From Candidatus Saccharimonadota bacterium (GTDB lineage Bacteria; Patescibacteriota; Microgenomatia; UBA1406; GWC2-37-13): 32,000 bases of DNA. The position numbers were made by a program, and so were the translations under genes. The notes below the pieces were generated by a model. That model saw only the letters and a program-made list of their open reading frames with translations. It had not been told where the DNA came from and did not search any database. The stretch lies in the NCBI GenBank assembly GCA_016700135.1, contig CP065004.1, positions 870,001-902,000 of the forward strand, written 5' to 3'. Positions 1-7,543 of the stretch are shown here, one piece after another. The first letter of the stretch is position 1. Each line of letters begins with the position of its first letter.

Positions 1-318
1 CATGCTGTTATGAAGGGAAAGATTGACTTGAACAGTACTGTATATTCAGATTCGTGGAGCGGATACAACGGACTTGTTGATGTCGGGTATGACAAACATT
101 TGAGAATCAATCACAAGAAAAATGAGTTCTCAAATACAAAAGGGGTCCATATCAATGGCATAGAGTCATTCTGGTCCTTTTGTAAAAGACGTCTCGTTAA
201 GTTCAATGGTGTAAAGAAAAACTTTCCATTACACTTGAAAGAGTGTGAATGGAGATGGAGCAAATCCCCATCGATCCTTTACAATGAACTATTACAAATT
301 GTTAATGTGCTAGTCTAG
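1..318 (+). CDS. IS1595/ISXO2-like DDE transposase, C-terminal 105 aa (partial at window edge)
   Basis: The frame is open from base 1 (HAVMKGKIDL...). The sequence is identical to the C-terminal part of the 224-aa transposases of copies 2 and 3. The stop codon TAG lies inside the inverted repeat. Confidence 0.9.
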   Translation, partial: HAVMKGKIDLNSTVYSDSWSGYNGLVDVGYDKHLRINHKKNEFSNTKGVHINGIESFWSFCKRRLVKFNGVKKNFPLHLKECEWRWSKSPSILYNELLQIVNVLV

Positions 319-322
319 AGCC
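1..322 (+). mobile_element. IS1595-family insertion sequence, copy 1 (5' part lies outside the window)
   Basis: Bases 1-322 are the reverse complement of the corresponding part of the 715-bp elements at 15166-15880 and 29011-29725. It ends with the terminal inverted repeat TGCTAGTCTAGAGCC at 308-322. Confidence 0.9.
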
Positions 323-692
323 TTAGTAAATGATTGAGAGTAGGTTTTAATATGCAATAGTTTCCCTTGATCCATTAAGTCTACAATTCGTCCTAAATCT
401 CCGGCATTGCGGGATAGTCTATCAGGTGCCCAAGTGAGGATGGCGTTAAATTTTCCTTCTGCCAGTTCTTTCAGAAGCCTGTTAAACTCTGGACGTTGTC
501 CTGATTCTTTAGCGGAATGGCTTTCAGTAATAACCTCAACGACATTTAACTTCTCCCGCTTTGCCATTAATCTCATTTCCTGAAGCTGCCCGTCAATACC
601 ATTGCCTGCCGCTCATCAGATTCACTCGATTTTCTCGCATACAAACAGTATCCGATTGCTTCTGTTTTGCCCTTGGTTGTGATCCTTTCCAT
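323..692 (-). pseudogene. serine recombinase (resolvase/invertase-type catalytic domain), frameshifted and truncated by IS copy 1
   Basis: Minus-strand ATG at 692-690 gives MERITTKGKTEAIGYCLYARKSSESDERQA, which carries the catalytic-serine motif YARKSS. The frame then shifts by one base near 601-605 into the track ORF (..GIDGQLQEMRLMAKRE..SAKESGQRPEF..WAPDRLSRN..). That frame runs directly into the IS end at 322, and the tail ALD-stop is IS-encoded. Confidence 0.8.
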
Positions 693-786
693 ACAACACA
701 ATGAATGACGCAACCGTACTATGAAGTCAAGGCGCAAGATACTATACGATTAAAAAGAGAAATTTACTAACATTTATATGAGGAAG

Positions 787-2040
787 TTAGGCCGAAGGTG
801 TCTGTGATTGAGCTTTCCAAGATTTTACTACCTGAGGTTGAGCATCTGGAGACTCTTTATAACTCAATTCTTCTATTAACCCATGTGCTGCATGAGCTAC
901 TTTTCCTGCCACTGCAAGTTCTTGTGGATTGGTTACCCCTGTAAAAGTAAGTTCTCGTGCGTTATTTACTGCCTCAGTTGCTAGCGTAAGCGCTGCTTTC
1001 TCTGGATCACCATCAGCAGCTTCTAATGCTGCATGTACATCTTGTGTAACAGATGTTCTTTGATCTCTGGGCAATAAGTCAGGGTTTCGCTGAGTAGTTT
1101 TCGGAACTAAATCATGGGTACGAAAATCAAGATGCTGGAATACTTCCACATCTCCAAGCTTTAAGGAACTTGAGTATGAATGAAAACTATCAAACATACG
1201 AAGTGCAACATGTGGGGGAATTTTAGAAAGATCCACATTTTTAAGATCAATTTTATTTCTTCCAACCTCAACTCCTAATGTCTCCTGAAGAGCACGTCCT
1301 GATCTTACAGCTTCCATATCTGTTATTTCTTTTCCTGCTAAATCAACCTCTACATCTTCTGGCGTTTTTGATTCAATTTTGCCCATCATTTCGCCTGTTC
1401 CATCATAAACTACAACTTCTTTTGCAAGCGTATAAGAAATAACTCGATCCATACCAAGACGTGTTGCTGCAAATGCTGCACCTTGAGATAACCACATAGG
1501 AATCCCAGTCATCCGAACTGTATTAACTCCACGTGCTTTAAGTTCTTTCAACTGTGCTGCAACTTCTCGCATATATTCTTGTGCTTTAGTAGGATCAGCC
1601 ATTTGTTGCATCGCTTCAGGATTATCAGCAAAGGTTAATCGAAGATCTACAACGTCTGTTGGAGCATTGGGATCAAGTTTGGAGGGTGGAACTTCAGCAA
1701 GTAATGGTTTGGTCGGATGATCTGGAATATCAGCAGCAAATTCATCAGACCATAATACAACTCTACCTTCACGTCCTGGATTATTGAATGCAAATTCTTT
1801 GACCTTAGAACCAGGTTTACCTGCCTCCGCTGCAACACCCATATAAATATCCATGAGTGTTCCACCTGTTAAATCAAGACTTTTACTATCAAAAACTTTT
1901 TTTGTTCTGGCAACTTTTACATATTCTGCAAGTTGGTATATATCTGCTTTTCCACCTTCGTAGAGGTCTTTACTAACATCAAATACTCGTGGTTCTGATT
2001 GAGGTACTTGGGGTTCTTGTCCAACTGGTATTTCTGTCAT
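787..2040 (-). CDS. hypothetical protein, 417 aa (operon gene D)
   Basis: Long uninterrupted ORF with an ATG start in the ATATGACAGAA context shared with the three upstream genes. I recognise no motif. Confidence 0.85.
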   Translation of the reverse strand: MTEIPVGQEPQVPQSEPRVFDVSKDLYEGGKADIYQLAEYVKVARTKKVFDSKSLDLTGGTLMDIYMGVAAEAGKPGSKVKEFAFNNPGREGRVVLWSDEFAADIPDHPTKPLLAEVPPSKLDPNAPTDVVDLRLTFADNPEAMQQMADPTKAQEYMREVAAQLKELKARGVNTVRMTGIPMWLSQGAAFAATRLGMDRVISYTLAKEVVVYDGTGEMMGKIESKTPEDVEVDLAGKEITDMEAVRSGRALQETLGVEVGRNKIDLKNVDLSKIPPHVALRMFDSFHSYSSSLKLGDVEVFQHLDFRTHDLVPKTTQRNPDLLPRDQRTSVTQDVHAALEAADGDPEKAALTLATEAVNNARELTFTGVTNPQELAVAGKVAHAAHGLIEELSYKESPDAQPQVVKSWKAQSQTPSA

Positions 2041-2107
2041 ATTTTTATTTAATTTAATCTAATCTTGGTTGTTAAGATCAATAGTTTAGATTAGTAATAT
2101 ATTGCTA

Positions 2108-2136
2108 ATATTATCAACCGCATTAGTAAAAGTCAA
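2108..2136 (-). promoter_or_regulatory. candidate sigma70-type promoter for gene D (TTGACT-N17-TAATAT)
   Basis: On the minus strand, TTGACT lies at 2136-2131, followed by a 17-nt spacer and TAATAT at 2113-2108. It sits in the 104-bp gap just after the helicase stop codon. Confidence 0.35.
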
Positions 2137-2144
2137 GCAAGATT

Positions 2145-5100
2145 TTAAGATGTCATTTGTTCAATCGCTTGCTCTGCTAAATCAGGAAGCTCGGTATCTT
2201 TTGGTGGCCTTTCTCTTCCTTGTAAAAGCGATACAAATGTGGTTTGGAACCTTTGTACGTCTTCAGGATTATTACCAATATATTCTTTTACCAGATCGCT
2301 TTTTGAAGCCTTTATAGCAGCATGCATATTTTCTACTCCTCGTAACGCATTTCGCAGTTCTTGTGTTGTCGCATCATCATATCCTCTCTCTGCTTCTTGG
2401 GTTGCGAGTCTTATTTGCTGAAAAATAATAGGAAACTCTGCTTCAGAAATTTTCGCTTCTGCCATAGCTTGGGGCCCGCGACCGATAAGCGCTGCTTGTA
2501 TCAATGCTCGTTTTCGAGGTTTGTTATTTCGTTGCATAAGTGTTCTTACCTCTTCTACAAGACTTTCTGTATCTCGTGCTTGAATACCACCTAAGAGAGT
2601 AGTATGAACAGGCTGTGGTTCAGTTTTTCTTTCGCCATTTGTTGTTGCAGGTATAGTACTTTCAAACGTTTCTGTTCTTTCTGGTTCAGTTTGAGTAGAT
2701 ACCTCTTCCTCTGCAGGCTCTCTTGGTGCAGTTATATCTTCTGGCCGAATGCCAGCCCGTGCAAACGCAGCAGCAAAAGGACTGCTCATAAGTTCTTCTT
2801 GTTCAGCTTCTGCTTGTCTTGCCCTTTCAGCCTCTTCTTCAGCAAGTCGTCGTGCTTCTTCTGCTTCAGCTCTCAACTTATCCTGTTCTCTCTTTTGCTC
2901 TGCCGCTTCTTGAATTCTCTGTTGAATCTGCTGCAAAGTCTCTTTTGCACTTCTGGGATTCGACTCAAGCCCATATGAAGCTTCTTGTAATTGATCTCGC
3001 AATCGATAAAAATCAGTATAAGAAAGACCATATTGTTCATAAGCTGCATTACCTATTTGATCTACCATGCGATCTAATTGTGAGCGTACTTCTGTTTGGA
3101 GTTTCCTGACTTGTGGCAACAGCTCAATTCGTTCTTGCTCAAGTCGCTGTTTTTCTAATGCTTGAGTTCGTATTTCCTCAACTCTTGCTTGCGCTTGCTG
3201 TGCTTCAGCTTCAGTTGCGTAATATCGGACTGAGTAAGAGTCACCAGAGTAAGAAGATCGTTCAACAGTAAGTGCCGGATACGCATACATTGGCTCACCA
3301 GTTTCAGGATCAGTACCATATGCTAAACGCTCTGGCAAAGTTGGCGCTTCACCTGTGGGATCAAAACTAGTTAATCTCTGTTGTAATACATCTGATGGTT
3401 GCGCGTAACGCCAGCTGTCCCATTGTTGCTTTACCAGGTGCTCTCTTGTTCTCTTTTTCAATTCTTCTAAATCTTTTCCTTCGAATTGTTTTGCAGTGCT
3501 TCCTTCTTTATCAACTATTTCAATAGTAATTGCTCTACCTGAAGGCAGAGCTGGCACCTCAGTAAATGAAAACACTTGATTAGCTGGAACTCGTATCCGA
3601 GCAGAAAATCGATCAGAACCCCAACCGCTATCAGCATAAGTAATACCAAATGTTGCATCACCGATTTGAAGGGTATCTGGATTATCCCGAATAATTTGTT
3701 CCTGAACTTCTACTGATACATATTCATCGAGTTTTACAGATAAATCAAGCGTCCCTGCTGCCAATGCTTCTTCTAATTCTTTTCGTGACGCAATTGACTG
3801 AAGTCTTCCTTTATAAATTTCTGCTAGTTGTTGGGTTGATAAAGGTTGTGCAGTTTCACCAGCTGAACGAAGATATAAATCTCTTAATTTTGTTATGACT
3901 TCATTGTTCTCTGATACAAATGGTAAATCAAGTCTGCCCGCAGCTAAAGCATTTGCAAATACTTCTACCGCTTCATTACCTGTCAGCTTTCTTTGTTCTG
4001 AAGCGTACGAGCTATAACTGCCTTTGAGATACAAATCAACGCTTCGTACCACTCGATCAGTTTCAGGATCGTAACTAGTGCTTCGCGCCTCTTCTCGGAC
4101 AAGCTGTGGTGCTACAGTTTTAAGCACTGATGGATCAACTTTTGTTGCTAAAGTAATAAGCGGCAGTTCGCCACCTCTTCTTGTTTGTACTGTGATTAAT
4201 TCATTGGCAATCACGATGTCACCAACAACTGCTGATTCTCTTCCAAGCATGGCACGTTCTCCTGTTTCAGTATTTTGATACCATCCACGCCCAGCAGCAG
4301 TAAAGATTTTATCTGGAAACCCTGCAATAATTGCTTGGCAAATCGTTTCTGGTTTTGCCTTATCCGTATTGAGAGAATATCCTAAACGTTTAACTTGTTC
4401 AGTTAATTGTGCAACGTTTTGTCGCACTTCTTTTAATGCTTGGATAGAGACATAATTTTCTCGACACCACTGATACGAAAACCCTGCACGTTCTGCTTGT
4501 TGATAGACATTCAGTAAATTGATAAGGTCAGAAGCTTGGGACGTGTTAAATGCTCGATGTGCTGCATCTGCTTGCTCTCCTTCAGCTTGTGGGCGATAAA
4601 ATAACCGTTTGCTTGTTCGAAGCGCTGCAATAACTGCCATTTCTCGGCCACATCCCATTTCAGCACCTTTCAGAAGCATTGTGCCTTCTCGTGGATCACA
4701 GCTTAGCTCTGCCAATTTTTCTCCAAACTTAGAAAGTCGTGTTTCATCTTCTGGGTCAAGCGCTCCAAGTAGCCGCAGTTGATTTTTTGCAGTTTTCCAA
4801 TTTTGTTTCTCAGGTGAATCAATAAATCGAAGTGGATCTCCCTCACGAGAATATCCCATGGCCTTAATTTGCATTACCACTTCTCGTAATGAAGTTCGCA
4901 TAATTTCAGGTTTTGTGGAGGTAGGTCGTCTATTAAATTCATCTTCAGTTAAAAGGAAATAACACTCACCAGGTTGTGTTCTGCCAGCTCGTCCTTGTCG
5001 TTGTCGTAAGGAATCCTGTGCAACAGGCCCAACTACTAATTTTGAGGTATCAGACGCAGGATCATATTCTTTAATACGGGCAAGCCCTGAATCGACTACG

Positions 5101-6020
5101 TATTTAATACCATCAATAGTAAGTCCTCGTTCAGCAATATTGGTTGAAATAATAATTTTTCTTCCTCTTGTTTTTTCAAAGACTCTATGACGCTCAGCAG
5201 GTGGTAATTCACTGTGAAGGGGAAGTATTGTGACTCCTGTGACATGTTGTCTTGCTAACGCATCCACAGTCGCTTGGATTTCTTGTTTTCCAGGCATAAA
5301 AATTAATACGTCACCATCTTCTCCAGCTTGGTGAATTTGTGCTACAACTTCTGCTGCTTTGTCTGGCATTCTACTTGGGTCTATTCGCTCAGGTGCATAA
5401 TGGACATCAACGGGATACGGTCTTCCTTTTGCTTCCACAATTGGTGCGCCACCAAAATGCTCTGAAAACTTCTGTGCATTCAGTGTTGCTGACATTAAAA
5501 CAAACTTTGCCTTACTTCCTTGCTGCTGTGCTTTTTCAACGAGCGCTAAACCAATATCTGAAAGTAAGTAACGCTCATCAAATTCATCAAAAATAACAAC
5601 CGATGCTTGATCAAGCGTAGGGTCATTGCGAACAATATTTTTGAAAACGCCACTGGTCATAAAGACAATATTGCTATTTCTCCCTGAGCGTTTTTCAGGG
5701 CCTGTTAAGTAGCCTACTTCACGACCAACCTCAACACCCATCTCATCTGCAACTCGATTTGCGACTTCAACAGCAACAGGCACTCTATTCTCAACAACAA
5801 AAATTTTCCCTTGTTGCGCGAATCCTTCTGCCCATAACGCTTGGGGAACTTGTGTTGTTTTTCCACTGCCAGTTTCAGAAACGAGGATTAAACGATTATC
5901 ATGTTGGAGCGTGTCAACGATTTCTGGCATTTTCTGCCAGATAGGAAGTTCGTGATTGCCTACTTCACTTCTTGGAGCATGTTCTCTAGAATGTCCTTGA
6001 CCGGTTTGATGCTCTGTCAT
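2145..6020 (-). CDS. DEAH/RHA-family (HrpA-like) helicase, 1291 aa, with long C-terminal extension
   Basis: Helicase motifs: I SETGSGKTTQ, II DEFDER (variant of DEAHER), III MSAT, IV LIFMPG, V TNIAERGLTIDGIKYVVDSG, VI QRQGRAGR. An HA2-like segment follows (LGALD..LAELSCDPREGTMLL..) and then an OB-like segment. The last ~650 aa are unassigned and include a charged coiled-coil stretch (EAEEARRLAEEEAERARQAEAEQEE). Confidence 0.9.
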   Translation of the reverse strand: MTEHQTGQGHSREHAPRSEVGNHELPIWQKMPEIVDTLQHDNRLILVSETGSGKTTQVPQALWAEGFAQQGKIFVVENRVPVAVEVANRVADEMGVEVGREVGYLTGPEKRSGRNSNIVFMTSGVFKNIVRNDPTLDQASVVIFDEFDERYLLSDIGLALVEKAQQQGSKAKFVLMSATLNAQKFSEHFGGAPIVEAKGRPYPVDVHYAPERIDPSRMPDKAAEVVAQIHQAGEDGDVLIFMPGKQEIQATVDALARQHVTGVTILPLHSELPPAERHRVFEKTRGRKIIISTNIAERGLTIDGIKYVVDSGLARIKEYDPASDTSKLVVGPVAQDSLRQRQGRAGRTQPGECYFLLTEDEFNRRPTSTKPEIMRTSLREVVMQIKAMGYSREGDPLRFIDSPEKQNWKTAKNQLRLLGALDPEDETRLSKFGEKLAELSCDPREGTMLLKGAEMGCGREMAVIAALRTSKRLFYRPQAEGEQADAAHRAFNTSQASDLINLLNVYQQAERAGFSYQWCRENYVSIQALKEVRQNVAQLTEQVKRLGYSLNTDKAKPETICQAIIAGFPDKIFTAAGRGWYQNTETGERAMLGRESAVVGDIVIANELITVQTRRGGELPLITLATKVDPSVLKTVAPQLVREEARSTSYDPETDRVVRSVDLYLKGSYSSYASEQRKLTGNEAVEVFANALAAGRLDLPFVSENNEVITKLRDLYLRSAGETAQPLSTQQLAEIYKGRLQSIASRKELEEALAAGTLDLSVKLDEYVSVEVQEQIIRDNPDTLQIGDATFGITYADSGWGSDRFSARIRVPANQVFSFTEVPALPSGRAITIEIVDKEGSTAKQFEGKDLEELKKRTREHLVKQQWDSWRYAQPSDVLQQRLTSFDPTGEAPTLPERLAYGTDPETGEPMYAYPALTVERSSYSGDSYSVRYYATEAEAQQAQARVEEIRTQALEKQRLEQERIELLPQVRKLQTEVRSQLDRMVDQIGNAAYEQYGLSYTDFYRLRDQLQEASYGLESNPRSAKETLQQIQQRIQEAAEQKREQDKLRAEAEEARRLAEEEAERARQAEAEQEELMSSPFAAAFARAGIRPEDITAPREPAEEEVSTQTEPERTETFESTIPATTNGERKTEPQPVHTTLLGGIQARDTESLVEEVRTLMQRNNKPRKRALIQAALIGRGPQAMAEAKISEAEFPIIFQQIRLATQEAERGYDDATTQELRNALRGVENMHAAIKASKSDLVKEYIGNNPEDVQRFQTTFVSLLQGRERPPKDTELPDLAEQAIEQMTS

Positions 6021-6041
6021 ATATATTCATTGTAATGGTGA

Positions 6042-7541
6042 TTAGTCTTCTCGCTCTTGCGTTAGCGTGTGTCGTTGTCCCATTTTCTCCATATTACTTA
6101 AGAACAACTCATAATCAGAATCCTTAAACCATTGTCTAAATTTTCCCTCAATTCTCTGAGCTAACTCATGTAACTCTTCCTGCGTTGCATCTTGTCTTTG
6201 AAACAACTCTTGAATTTTTTGTGCTTCTTCTGCTGTTTCTCCTACTTCCCACAGCTCACTATTTTCAACACCAGCAGGAAACTTACCAGTTTTTAACATA
6301 TACACTGCTCGAGGCAATAAATCACATGCCACTCTGTATAGTGGAATTACTTTTTTAATTTGTTTCGTGCCCTCTTTATCAACACGTTTTACATAACTTT
6401 TACCCCATGCATCTCTATGCAAAAATTCTTCTGCTGCACCAAGATAGTGGTGAGCAACCATATCAGGAGACAGCTCTTGCTGAAGTCTTGCTTGTAATTT
6501 TTGCCCTGACTCTGTTTGCGGTATGGTATGTGTAGCCACAATCATACTGATGGGCTGATATGATTCCTTTCCACCTTTCACCACATCCCAAGCAGCTAAC
6601 TTTTCAGGCACTGCAATAACATCCATTCTTCTTTCACGAGATAATTGCGGACCAAACTTAGTATCCAATTGATAAAACCGAGGCTCAGTTAGTAAAGAAG
6701 TTACAGAAACAACATCCTGATCATGCTCATCCTCAGCCATTAACAAGTCATAACTTGCAAGTTCCGCATACAGCCGTGCGTCAGCTATGTTTTTATCAGG
6801 CATGAGAATCACCATTTCATCTTTTGAATCTTCTGCTAATCTTTTTTGTACTTCATCATACGCTGCTCTCGCTTGCTCAGCGCCTACTTCAGTTGTGTAA
6901 CGAGCTAATACCTCCTCTACCTGTTGTTCAAGTGCAGGCGCTGTTTCAAGCCCTCTACCTTTTCTCAATTGATTTGCATGTTGGATTAACGGATACAACG
7001 GATGCGCTTCCAGATATTTTTGCTGGTCTTCAATGGCCTCATCAGGAGCATCAACATAGAGTAAAATATCCTGCACTGTTCGAGTGATTTTTTTATATTT
7101 CTTTCGTGGATCAGTTGTTTCTGAATCTTCCCTATAATCCTGCCAAAACTCATTTGCTTTATGGATAAGTGCTTTTCTCATAAGCTGTCTCTCGTCTGGA
7201 GAAACTCTGTCTAAAAGCGCTTTTCTATATTCAAATTCTTCCGGAGTACGGTGTTGTGAATGATTGGCAACAACAAACCAAAGTGGCAACCATGACTCCT
7301 GATGCGTTGGGTACCCTGCCCATTGTGGTAGATGCTCTGGATCTTTTGGTAAAACCAATGCCACATCCTTTCCTAAAACCAATTTTGTAGGCCGTGTTGT
7401 ATCAGTTAATAAAATAACATTATGATTATTTGCAGTAGCACTTTCAAACTGCTCGCTTCCATAGGCCATATGTTGCTTCCATGGCTCTGCTTCTCTTTGT
7501 TCTGGTGGTCTTATGTGTGGTTGTATTATTTCTTCTGCCAT
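6042..7541 (-). CDS. hypothetical protein, 499 aa (operon gene B)
   Basis: Long ORF. I prefer the ATG at 7541-7539 (MAEEIIQ..., context ATATGGCAGAA) over the track's TTG at 7547. This start lies 2 nt after the TGA stop of the upstream gene. No motif recognised. Confidence 0.8.
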   Translation of the reverse strand: MAEEIIQPHIRPPEQREAEPWKQHMAYGSEQFESATANNHNVILLTDTTRPTKLVLGKDVALVLPKDPEHLPQWAGYPTHQESWLPLWFVVANHSQHRTPEEFEYRKALLDRVSPDERQLMRKALIHKANEFWQDYREDSETTDPRKKYKKITRTVQDILLYVDAPDEAIEDQQKYLEAHPLYPLIQHANQLRKGRGLETAPALEQQVEEVLARYTTEVGAEQARAAYDEVQKRLAEDSKDEMVILMPDKNIADARLYAELASYDLLMAEDEHDQDVVSVTSLLTEPRFYQLDTKFGPQLSRERRMDVIAVPEKLAAWDVVKGGKESYQPISMIVATHTIPQTESGQKLQARLQQELSPDMVAHHYLGAAEEFLHRDAWGKSYVKRVDKEGTKQIKKVIPLYRVACDLLPRAVYMLKTGKFPAGVENSELWEVGETAEEAQKIQELFQRQDATQEELHELAQRIEGKFRQWFKDSDYELFLSNMEKMGQRHTLTQERED

Positions 7542-7543
7542 AT

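Noticed and set aside
1440-1535. Csx3-like look of gene D segment VNTVRMTGIPMWLSQGAAFAATRLGMDRVISY (compare the Csx3 GRGPIWL motif)
   Set aside because: The resemblance is limited to a generic strand-loop-helix-strand pattern, and a similar pattern also appears at the P-loop of gene A. It is too weak to call without a profile search.
2760-2960. Apparent DNA-level repetitiveness (GCTTCTTC/GCTTCAGC-type strings)
   Set aside because: This is the antisense of a Glu/Ala/Arg-rich coiled-coil coding stretch of the helicase. It has no fixed tandem unit, so it is not a repeat array.
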